From Spirochaetia bacterium (GTDB lineage: Bacteria; Spirochaetota; Spirochaetia; SP-2023): a stretch of 64,000 nucleotides of DNA. Where the stretch lies: contig CBDDCK010000005.1 in NCBI GenBank assembly GCA_965225855.1, forward strand, positions 960,001-1,024,000. Reading direction: 5' to 3'. A program made the position numbers and the translations under genes. Within the stretch, counting starts at the first letter, position 1. Each line of letters starts with the position of its first letter. This document shows positions 53,768-64,000 of the stretch, one piece after another. The notes under the pieces were generated by a model. The model made no database searches. It was not told the origin of the DNA and saw only the letters and a list, made by a program, of their open reading frames with translations.

Positions 53768-55235
53768 CAATCCCGCAAAGCCCAACAAACCATATAACAA
53801 GCACCACAACAAAAGCAAACGGTTTTAGAAAGACATCTACAATAACAGCACCAACTCCTGCAAAATGTCCATTATAATCTTACAATATTTCGATAAATCA
53901 AAAAACTAATATTCTAAAAATTAATTCAGGAAACCGTTCATATGAAATTTGGAATGAGAAAACCCTCACTTAAAAAAATGCTGAAAGCCAGAACCACTGG
54001 CAGAGCCAAAAGAGCGGTTAAGCGAACTTTTAATCCCCTATATGGCAAAAAGGGAATGGGATTGATCAATAATCCTAAAAAAGCTCTGTATAACAAGGTG
54101 TATAATAAGACCAGTTTCGGGCTCAATAGTCTACTAAAATATCTATTTAAGTTGTTTAAGTGATAATTTATTGTGGGCTTTCCCAAGTAAGAACATCAGC
54201 AAAGCCTAAGAAAGCTCTGGGCAGAATTTCAATGACAAAAAACCAAGATACAAAAATGCCTCGCTGATAGGCCAAACCGCTTAGACCGAATGCCCAATAT
54301 TGCTTGCCGTATTTAGCCGAAGCTCTTCCCGTATTTAGCCGAAGCTCTTCCCGTATTTAGCCGAAGCTCTCTCCGTATTTAGCCGAAGCTCTTCCCGTAT
54401 TTAGCCGAAGCTCTTCCCGTATTTAGTCGAAGCTCTCTCCGTATTTAGCCGAAGCTCTTCCCGTATATGTCCCGAGCGCAGAGTGCAAATAACTTTGGCA
54501 ATATATTGTTTGTTTTGTAGGGTGATGGTTTTCGCAAAATATCTACAAAAGCAGTGGTTGGTAAACTTTTGGTTAGGGTCGGTTGCTTCAGTGGGCTTTC
54601 CCAAGTAATAGAATAACCAAGGCCTAAGAAAGCTCTGGGCAGAACTTTTTAGGGCTTTGGTTATTTTAACAGCAATAACTAACTTATGAATACATTAAAC
54701 CTTATTATTATTTAGCCAATAAAATATCATAATAGTTTATTAAATGTATGAATGAAACGATAATAAAAGCAATATAACAAAAAAGGAAACTTAAATGATT
54801 AAAAAAATAACATTAGCACAAAGAAAAGGGCTTTACCAAACTGCTACACGGTTTCCCAAAGAAATAAAGTTCCCTCAAGTCAATGAAATAGAGTTTTCTC
54901 AAGTTAATTTAATTTTTGGCTGGAACTATTCCGGCAAGACGACATTGGCCAGAATATTTCAAGATATTGCCGATGGCAAAATAGAGACACAAGAAGATTT
55001 ATCTAGTTATCAAGGTAAAATTAAAGTGTTTAATGCGGACTATGTCGCTAAAAATATTAAACCAGAACAACTAAATGGCTTTGTTACTATTGGAGAAACA
55101 AACATTGAGCTAGAACAAAAAATAGCGCAATTAAACCAAGAGTTAGGCACACAACCTGATGAAGCAAACCAAGGCAGCGGGCTATATTTGCAACAGTCTG
55201 AAGCACAAAATCAAATAAAGTTGGTAGAACAACAA
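53753..55235. repeat. Direct-repeat block copy C (7 x 22-bp units at 54307-54460; interrupted by a small-gene insert at about 53846-54172)
   Basis: Colinear with 50875-52003. Confidence 0.92.
53942..54163 (+). CDS. Small basic prophage-associated protein
   Basis: MKFGMRKPSLKK..KARTTG.AKR..P.YGKKGMG...PKKA.YNKVY resembles a family recalled from prophages. Confidence 0.75.
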   Translation: MKFGMRKPSLKKMLKARTTGRAKRAVKRTFNPLYGKKGMGLINNPKKALYNKVYNKTSFGLNSLLKYLFKLFK

Positions 55236-57080
55236 AAGAATAACTATACTATTGATAGTATTGCTAAAGACCACATACATGATGATATAGTAAAAGGTCT
55301 TGAAATCTCAAAACAAAAGTATAATAAAAATAAGTTTAATGATAGCTTTATAGCAAGGTATAGTAACTATAAAAAAACAAATGAGTTGCATATATTAGAC
55401 GAAATAAATCTTGGAGAAACATTAAAAAAAGCTACAGAGGATACAAATTTAATTCAGCCTATAGATGAGCTTAAAGTAACTAAACTTTTATTTATTGGTA
55501 ATGAGCTTGTACAAAATATTATTCAATGCTTACAAGAAAGCCCCAATATTTTAGAGCGCATAGAGAATTTGCCACAGAGCGCAGACTATTGGGTTCACCA
55601 AGGTATGGATTTACATAAAGAAGCAAAGCAATGTTATTATTGCGGAAATAACATTACCGCAGAGAGAAGAGAGCAACTAAACCAACATTTTTTACAAGAT
55701 GCCCAAAAAGAATTACAGGACAAATTAGAAGGATTAACAAACCCATTACAAGAAATTGTTTTAGAAAAATATCCAAATAAAGATGATTTAAAATGTTTAG
55801 ATGCGGATACGAAAAATACTTATGAGCAAACTTGCCAAAATTTAAATACAGTTATTAAGGAATATAACCAAGTTATTGCCGAGCTAAAACAACAAATTGA
55901 CAATAAAATCAATAACCCTTTTCAATTAATGGAATATCAATTGTCAAAAGGATTTTCATTAGAAGAGAAGCAAAATATAGCAAATATATATCTTGTTGAT
56001 ATTCAACAGTCTATTCGAGAACACAACGAGAGTATTGCAAAACAAGAGAAAATAAAAGAGCAGGCGATACAAAGTTATAAAAACCATCATATAGATAACC
56101 ATTTAGAGAATTACCATAAACAAGTTATAGAATATGAAAGCGAAACGAACAAACTAGACAAGCAATTAAAAGAATTTACAACTAAGCAAGACAATATAAA
56201 TAATACAATCTCAAATAAAGAATCAAAAAAGAACGAACTACAAAAGCAACAAAGTAGCTATGAAAAGACAAGAGAAAACTTATTACAAAATATAAATGCC
56301 TTAAAGGTAAGCCCCAACTTAACACTTGCTATGGCAGAACATGAAGAGAAAAAAGTCTTTCAAGTACAAAGAGAACCGAATTTAAATGCTGCGGAGAACC
56401 TTAGTGAAGGCGAAAAAACAGTTATAGCAATTAGCTTTTTTCTGGCAGAACTTCAAGCACTAAAAGCAAATAATCAATTAAAAGATACCATTGTTTTTAT
56501 TGATGATCCTATTTCTAGTTTTGATAGCAACCATCTATATAGCTGTTGTAAGCAAATTGCTAATTTTTTTGATAACAAAGATTCTTTTAAACAATTATTT
56601 CTTACAACCCATAACTGGGAATTTTACACTCAAATAAAACAATATAATATGCCTAAAGGTGGGCATCAATTTTTTATTATTGAAGATAAACAATTGATGG
56701 AACTGCCTGAAGACTTAAAAAAATTTAGTAGTGAATACCAACTCATTTTTAATAAGGTACATAGATATTACTCATCTTCTAATGAGTCAAAGCAAAATAT
56801 TCCCATTGAAGAAATAATTATTATCAGCAATCTTATGCGCAGACTAGCAGAAACTTTTTTGAGTTTTTATACAACACCTGCAAAATATCAAGAAACTTTA
56901 AAACAATGGAAAAAGCAATTTCCTATTTTAGATTCAGACTCCCATGCGTTAGATACCAAAAACTTAACTAATCCTGAGCAAGTAAAAGATGCAGTCCAAT
57001 TTTTAATGAAGCAAATTAAAAATTTAGCAGAAGGGCATTTTGACGCTATGACTATTAAGGAAGAAGTACAAGATAAGTAG
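54795..57080 (+). CDS. RloC-like ABC ATPase (AAA_13) with zinc hook and putative C-terminal anticodon nuclease domain
   Basis: GWNYSGKTT, VFNADYV, CYYC hook in a coiled coil, LSEGEK, IDDPISSFD, TTHN, NLMRRLAETFL and SH. Confidence 0.85.
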   Translation: MIKKITLAQRKGLYQTATRFPKEIKFPQVNEIEFSQVNLIFGWNYSGKTTLARIFQDIADGKIETQEDLSSYQGKIKVFNADYVAKNIKPEQLNGFVTIGETNIELEQKIAQLNQELGTQPDEANQGSGLYLQQSEAQNQIKLVEQQKNNYTIDSIAKDHIHDDIVKGLEISKQKYNKNKFNDSFIARYSNYKKTNELHILDEINLGETLKKATEDTNLIQPIDELKVTKLLFIGNELVQNIIQCLQESPNILERIENLPQSADYWVHQGMDLHKEAKQCYYCGNNITAERREQLNQHFLQDAQKELQDKLEGLTNPLQEIVLEKYPNKDDLKCLDADTKNTYEQTCQNLNTVIKEYNQVIAELKQQIDNKINNPFQLMEYQLSKGFSLEEKQNIANIYLVDIQQSIREHNESIAKQEKIKEQAIQSYKNHHIDNHLENYHKQVIEYESETNKLDKQLKEFTTKQDNINNTISNKESKKNELQKQQSSYEKTRENLLQNINALKVSPNLTLAMAEHEEKKVFQVQREPNLNAAENLSEGEKTVIAISFFLAELQALKANNQLKDTIVFIDDPISSFDSNHLYSCCKQIANFFDNKDSFKQLFLTTHNWEFYTQIKQYNMPKGGHQFFIIEDKQLMELPEDLKKFSSEYQLIFNKVHRYYSSSNESKQNIPIEEIIIISNLMRRLAETFLSFYTTPAKYQETLKQWKKQFPILDSDSHALDTKNLTNPEQVKDAVQFLMKQIKNLAEGHFDAMTIKEEVQDK

Positions 57081-57110
57081 TTTTGTAGATATTTTCTTAT
57101 AAATTATAAG

Positions 57111-57176
57111 AAAGTCTTGGGCATAATCTTAAAAAGTTTTGCCTAGAAGTTTAAAAAGTTTTGGGCAGGACTTTTT
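57111..57176. repeat. Three degenerate 22-bp units containing a 31-bp sequence (57118-57148) repeated at 59515-59545
   Basis: TGGGCATAATCTTAAAAAGTTTTGCCTAGAA is exact at both positions. Confidence 0.9.
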
Positions 57177-57346
57177 AAGGTAAATGTGGCTATAGTTTGC
57201 GGAATGCTTTATTATAAACTCTGCAAGATTAAATTTATTTCGTTTTTTGTTTTATTGATAATGATATAAACTCAAGTAATTTTTTTGTATATTATCCTTA
57301 TGATATACCAATATATCCAATTAATTTTTTGAAAAAGAAACGAGAT

Positions 57347-57999
57347 ATGCAAAAATTGAATATTGAAAGTTTACAAGAAGAAGCAAAGAATTTTTCTGTA
57401 TTTATAGCTAAACACAAAGAGTCAAAGCTATTTGGCGTAACCGATGGAAAGGCAATTGGAACTTATTTAGAGCATAAATTCCAAAAGTATCTGCAGGGGA
57501 AATATGATTACACCCAAGGAAATTCTGCCAAAGGAATTGATTTTCCCGACCTTCAAGTGGATATGAAAGTAACCAGCATTCGGCAACCTCAATCTTCTTG
57601 CCCGTATAAATCTGCTAAACAAAAAATATATGGTTTAGGATATTCTCTATTGATATTGGTATATGAAAAGTTAGATGATTTGGTAAACAATACGGGAACT
57701 CTGAATATAAAACACACAATTTTTGTGGAGAAAGAGCAAACGGCTGATTTTCAAATAACAACAGGAATTAAAAAAATTCTTGAGAATGATGGAAATAAAG
57801 ACGATTTATTAGGTTTTTTCAAGAGAAAATGTTACCTGTAGATGATATTGAGGCAGAAAATATCGCCAATGAAATTTTGTCTACTAAAGAGATTTAAATT
57901 GTTTATTTAACCATATCGAATGCCTTACAATGGAGATTACAATATTCCCGAGTGATTGATAAAGCGGGGAATATTGCTGGAATAGTAAAAATTTTGTGA
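57347..57999 (+). pseudogene. Type II restriction endonuclease (NspV-like by recall), frameshift plus nonsense codon
   Basis: GVTDGKAIGTY, GIDFP, VDMKVTS..QPQSSCP. Loss of one T in the run 57814-57819; the continuation LPVDDIEA..*..LTISNALQWRLQY has TAA at 57895-57897 and ends in a GTGA overlap with the MTase. Confidence 0.85.
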
Positions 58000-59480
58000 T
58001 TGCGGCCATAGAGAAAAATAAAATTGAATTTGGTGATTTTCAGACACCGTTGCCGCTTGCAATGCGAGTAATATCGTTACTAATAGATGAAGTTTCTTTT
58101 GAAAGTATTATTGAACCAACATGTGGTTTGGGTAATTTTCTTATTGCATGTTATAAAAAAGGTATTCCTTCTTGCCAACTTCACGGTTGGGAAATTAACC
58201 CTACTTATGTAGAACAAGCCAATAAACAATTAGCTAAATTAACAAGCGTAGCAAATGATTATGTAGCTAATATCAATTTTTTTCAAATTAACTGGCAGAC
58301 TATATTGGCAAAATATAAAAAACCGATTTTGTTTGTGGGCAATCCTCCTTGGGTAACCAATGCAAAAATAGGAAGACTTTTAGGCCGTAATTTGCCTGAT
58401 AAGTCTAATAATTTTACGTCTTTCAATGGTTTCGATGCAATTACCGGAAAAAGTAATTTTGATATATCCGAATCGATGTTAATCAAAATGCTAGAAGTAA
58501 TTTCTGGTACTCATTCTTCTATGTCTTTCTTTATAAAAATATCTATTGCTAGAAAACTTTTTCAATATTCCGCAAAGCATAAGCTGAAAATAGGCTCATT
58601 TTCCATTCGCAAAATAGATACAAAAAAAGAATTTAAGGTAAGTGTCGATGCTTGTTTATTTATAGCAAAAGGTTCTTTACAGCTTCCCGATTCTTATATT
58701 TGTGCCATTTATGATAGACTAGATAGCGAAGAATCTACTAATTCTATGGCAATTCAGTCGGAAAAATTGATTGCCAATATGCAAAATTATAAGAAATTAT
58801 ATTTTATTGATGGTATTTGTGAATTTAAGTGGAGGTCAGGAGTAAAACATGACTGTTCTAAAGTAATGGAATTTTCATATGAAAATGGTCTTTTGCAGAA
58901 CGGGTTGGGAGAAAAAGTTTCTATAACACCCGATTTTTTATATCCCATGTATAAAAGTTCAGATATTGCAAAACAAACTAAAAACTTGCCTAGAAGGTAT
59001 ATGTTGCTAACCCAAAGAAGAATGGGAGAGGACACACTATTTTTACAATATGTTGCGCCAGAAACCTGGCGTTACCTATTAAGTCACGAAGCAATGTTTG
59101 CACAAAGGAAAAGCTCCATTTATAAAAATGCCCCAAGGTTTTCTATATTTGGGGTTGGTGAATACACATTTGCCCCATGGAAGATTGCTATATCTGGTTT
59201 ATATAAAAACATAAAATTTTCCTTAATTAGCAGTTATCACAATAAACCTATCGTATTAGATGATACTTGTTATATGCTTGGGTTTGGCTCTTATCAGCAA
59301 GCCGTACTGGTATATGAGCTATTAATTTCAGAAATGGTTGGCCAATTTATTGATTCAATTATCTTTTTAGATAACAAACGCCCCGTTACTTCTTCTTTAC
59401 TCAATAGAATCCGTTTGCTAGAAGTTGCCAAAGTTTTAGGTAAAGAGGAAACCTTTTTTAAATTATTTAATAATCTATAG
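57996..59480 (+). CDS. Gamma-class N6-adenine DNA methyltransferase
   Basis: EFGDFQTP, IEPTCGLGNF, GWEIN and GNPPW; intact ORF. Confidence 0.9.
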   Translation: MIAAIEKNKIEFGDFQTPLPLAMRVISLLIDEVSFESIIEPTCGLGNFLIACYKKGIPSCQLHGWEINPTYVEQANKQLAKLTSVANDYVANINFFQINWQTILAKYKKPILFVGNPPWVTNAKIGRLLGRNLPDKSNNFTSFNGFDAITGKSNFDISESMLIKMLEVISGTHSSMSFFIKISIARKLFQYSAKHKLKIGSFSIRKIDTKKEFKVSVDACLFIAKGSLQLPDSYICAIYDRLDSEESTNSMAIQSEKLIANMQNYKKLYFIDGICEFKWRSGVKHDCSKVMEFSYENGLLQNGLGEKVSITPDFLYPMYKSSDIAKQTKNLPRRYMLLTQRRMGEDTLFLQYVAPETWRYLLSHEAMFAQRKSSIYKNAPRFSIFGVGEYTFAPWKIAISGLYKNIKFSLISSYHNKPIVLDDTCYMLGFGSYQQAVLVYELLISEMVGQFIDSIIFLDNKRPVTSSLLNRIRLLEVAKVLGKEETFFKLFNNL

Positions 59481-59566
59481 TTTGCCGACTTCTAAGCACA
59501 GCTCCCAAAAGTTCTGGGCATAATCTTAAAAAGTTTTGCCTAGAACTTTAACGATAAAACGATGGC

Positions 59567-61501
<1,935 letters not shown>

Positions 61502-61719
61502 CTACCGCTCTTCAATTTTTATGGTGAGCCTAAGCTGTCTCTGGGCAAAGGCCAGCAAAGTATACCAAATTCAAGTTATTTGGGGTAGTTGGTATACAAA
61601 GGTTATACAGCAATTTGGTATAATTACGTTCATCAATATTTTGTTTGCAGTGCCTAGGGTTTTGAGATTTTCTTTGTGTGTTGTAGTGCTTGGTATCAAA
61701 CTGTAGAATCTGTTTCGTA

Positions 61720-62568
61720 ATGGCGCGTATCTGGGATTTAAATAAAATACCGTATTTGGAAGAACAGCAGTACTTCGATTTTCAAGTAATTTCTGATTGT
61801 GCTGATCTTATTGCCGTGGGTGGTAATTTATCCCCAGGGCTTTTGATTTCTGCTTACCGGCAAGGTTTGTATCCTTGTTATTCTAAATGGGAACCGATTC
61901 ATTGGTGGTCTCGCAAACAGCGTTTTGTGTTGTTTCCCGATGAACTACATTTGCCTAAATCATTGCTGAAAAATATGAAACGCAATTTGAGTTTGTCCGT
62001 ATTTGGTGAGTTAGAAGAAGATAAGGGCAACACAAACGGTGATATGCGCTTTAGTTTGAGTTTAGATCAAGCGTTTGCCAATGTCATTAAGGCTTGTGCC
62101 CAAACTTTCAGGCCGAGCCAGTCTAAAGAAGATGCTAGTTCTTGGCTGAATTCAGAAATGCAAGATGCTTATATTGAATTGCATAGGCTAGGCTATGCTC
62201 ATTCTGTCGAATGCTGGCTGCAGCAAGCAGATGGCAGCAAAAAATTAGTGGGTGGGCTCTACGGTATAAGTTTGGGCCGGGCCCAAGGTTTGCAGTGTTT
62301 TTATGGCGAATCTATGTTTAGCCATGTTGCCGATGCTTCTAAAACGGCTTTTGCCGCTTTGGTTTTGTTCCTAAGAGAAAAAGGCTTTTATTTAATTGAC
62401 TGCCAGCAGGAAACAAAGCATTTGCGCAGGTTTGGTGCTCGTTTGATTGCGCGAGAGGAATTTGAGCAGATGCTCGAAGGTTTAGATAACGGGGCACCAT
62501 ATGGTTGGGGAGCTTATCGCAAAGAATTTCCGCTAAGCCCTTCATTGTCTAAGCTGTTAGGCCGTTGA
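61720..62568 (+). CDS. aat: Leucyl/phenylalanyl-tRNA--protein transferase
   Basis: AVGGNLSP..LISAYRQG.YP, AHSVECW, LVGGLYG, GESMFS..DASK and IDCQ. Confidence 0.92.
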   Translation: MARIWDLNKIPYLEEQQYFDFQVISDCADLIAVGGNLSPGLLISAYRQGLYPCYSKWEPIHWWSRKQRFVLFPDELHLPKSLLKNMKRNLSLSVFGELEEDKGNTNGDMRFSLSLDQAFANVIKACAQTFRPSQSKEDASSWLNSEMQDAYIELHRLGYAHSVECWLQQADGSKKLVGGLYGISLGRAQGLQCFYGESMFSHVADASKTAFAALVLFLREKGFYLIDCQQETKHLRRFGARLIAREEFEQMLEGLDNGAPYGWGAYRKEFPLSPSLSKLLGR

Positions 62569-62569
62569 A

Positions 62570-63661
62570 GTGTTGCTCTTATGCCGCGTTTCTAAAACTG
62601 TATATTGTTTATTTTCTCTATTTGTTTTGGCTGTTTGCTTTATTTTTTGGACCCCGTTCCCAGTTTTGGCAGCCCAAAATTCTGCTGAAGATTTTACTCA
62701 AGATACCGCACCCAACACCGAGTTTAGGGATTTTTATACTATTGCAGAATGGGTGCGAAAAATCAAAAATCGCATGCTATACCAGCAATTCCATCAGGCG
62801 TTGACGCTGTGTTTAAAGGCGCAGAAGCAATACCCAGAACAACCGATATTTCGTGATTATGAGGCCAGTATCCGCGAATATCTGCAGGTAATGTTGCACA
62901 ATTATACAGGAAATACAGAAGAAAATAATGCAGAAGTCTCTGAATTGCAGTTGGAAACAATTGTCGAACAACAGCCAAAGCAACTCACTTTGAAGCAACG
63001 TTTGATAGCTATGGCAAAGCAAGACCCTCTGCTTTCTATTTATGGCGGTGCTGGTTTTTATAGCAGTGCGGATAAAAATCTTGAAGAGCCTGTGGTAAAC
63101 TTATTTACTCAAGCGGTGTTGCGTTTGTATTTTAGCACGAGCTTGGGCATAAGCTTTGCTTATTATGATCCGCACTGGAATTTCCAATTGCAAAATAAAG
63201 CTGAATCAGCATTGTATAGTTTTGCTTTGCTGGGCAGTTTGCGGTTTCGCAACAAATTTAACTTGTTTTCTAGCCGTAGTTATTTGAGCTTTGCTGTGGA
63301 TATTGGTATGGGCTTGTATGATATATTCCCTTCGTTGGAAGATTATCAGGCGAAGTTTGTGTTGTTGTTGGGTTTTAGCGTGAGCAATAAGCCTTTTTAC
63401 CATTTTTGGGGGATTGAAGCTCTGGCTGGGTTGCAGCTTGATTTAGGGGTTTGGCTTTATTTGAGTATGCAAGCGAATGCGCTCTCTATTGTGCAGACGG
63501 GTAATTGGGAAGCCATTTTATGGCAGAGCTTTGGTATATTGCGCTTTGGTTTGGCTTATCGTTTTAGTATTAGTGAGTATTACCAGCAAGACCAAGTTTT
63601 TCTGGCTCAACACCAATTGGCTTTTTTACTTGGTTTGGAGTGGCGCACTCGTTTTCAGTAA
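62570..63661 (+). CDS. Hypothetical exported protein, possibly with a C-terminal beta-barrel
   Basis: Signal-like N-terminus; aromatic alternating strands in the C-terminal half ending LGLEWRTRFQ. Confidence 0.6.
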   Translation: MLLLCRVSKTVYCLFSLFVLAVCFIFWTPFPVLAAQNSAEDFTQDTAPNTEFRDFYTIAEWVRKIKNRMLYQQFHQALTLCLKAQKQYPEQPIFRDYEASIREYLQVMLHNYTGNTEENNAEVSELQLETIVEQQPKQLTLKQRLIAMAKQDPLLSIYGGAGFYSSADKNLEEPVVNLFTQAVLRLYFSTSLGISFAYYDPHWNFQLQNKAESALYSFALLGSLRFRNKFNLFSSRSYLSFAVDIGMGLYDIFPSLEDYQAKFVLLLGFSVSNKPFYHFWGIEALAGLQLDLGVWLYLSMQANALSIVQTGNWEAILWQSFGILRFGLAYRFSISEYYQQDQVFLAQHQLAFLLGLEWRTRFQ

Positions 63662-63666
63662 GATTT

Positions 63667-64000
63667 TTAGTAAGAATACAATATTGTTGTATTGGACCAA
63701 AATTGTAATTTTGCTTCTAGTTTTGCAATTTCAGCCTCTACATTTTGTAATTCCGCTTGTTGTTTTGTTTGCGTAATTTTTTCTAATGTGTTTTGTTTAA
63801 CCGCTCGTTCCATGCGTTTATGGGCCCCTGCTAGACAAATATTTAATTTGCGCTGCAGTTCATTGATTGCCTGCTGTTGTTGCCAGCTATTTAAAAGCCG
63901 CTTGCCACGTGTTGATTGTAATAGTATTTCTAATGCGCTAATGCGAAATGGCTCAATCCATGGGTGTTGATGGGAAAGTTGAGCGATTGTATCTGCTGTT
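63667..64000 (-). CDS. 3' end of a hypothetical protein entering from the right edge
   Basis: Open frame of 110 sense codons (..QQAELQNVEAEIAKLEAKLQFWSNTTILYSY*) with coiled-coil character. Confidence 0.6.
   Translation of the reverse strand, partial: TADTIAQLSHQHPWIEPFRISALEILLQSTRGKRLLNSWQQQQAINELQRKLNICLAGAHKRMERAVKQNTLEKITQTKQQAELQNVEAEIAKLEAKLQFWSNTTILYSY

Larger units (their letters stand above)
44454..59480 (+). other. Defence island of co-oriented, AT-rich cassettes between the glycosylase gene and gyrB
   Basis: Cluster of RM, ATPase, HNH and RloC-like genes separated by repeated intergenic elements. Confidence 0.85.

Noticed and set aside
54307..54460. CRISPR array or type III toxin-antitoxin RNA repeats
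   Set aside because: 22-bp contiguous units without spacers, shorter than known ToxI-type repeats, and no ToxN-like gene recognised downstream.
57814..57819. Phase-variable switch of the restriction endonuclease
   Set aside because: The T run is short and a downstream in-frame TAA would still truncate the protein.
44454..59480. Prophage, ICE or true integron
   Set aside because: No integrase, transposase, conjugation or structural genes, and no attC-like sites were recognised.

Overview
Chromosomal window from a low-GC bacterium, most likely a host-associated spirochete. This is inferred from the GyrB motif PLWGKMLN, a NusA with a C-terminal CxxC..CxxC tail, a FapA/DUF342 gene and several lipoproteins. 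Left third: two paralogous repeat-domain surface lipoprotein loci form an inverted duplication of about 2.7 kb per arm (292-3037 and 15688-18420) around a 12.6 kb block (transglutaminase, DUF58, FapA, SMP-30, CopA, MtnN). They are flanked by HsdS and Mu-gpF-like pseudogene debris and by a 162-bp element with terminal inverted repeats and a strict 23-bp internal period (18712-18873). Middle: a sugar ABC/glycosidase operon, trpG-like gene, surE, NHL/VWA protein, GH5, TPR protein, the rimP-nusA-infB-rbfA operon, ldhA, a frameshifted K+ channel and a SMUG2-like glycosylase. Right: a 15 kb defence island downstream of gyrB, built from cassettes (fused R-M-S enzyme, ABC-ATPase plus small nuclease-like pair, HNH, RloC-like ATPase, a decayed type II RM system, and a second type II RM system with a broken endonuclease and intact methyltransferase). 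The cassettes are separated by a repeated non-coding element that carries copies of the RM gene 3' end and a 22-bp VNTR. No rRNA, tRNA, canonical CRISPR array, transposase or integrase was recognised. All family assignments come from motif recognition by eye; no database searches were run.
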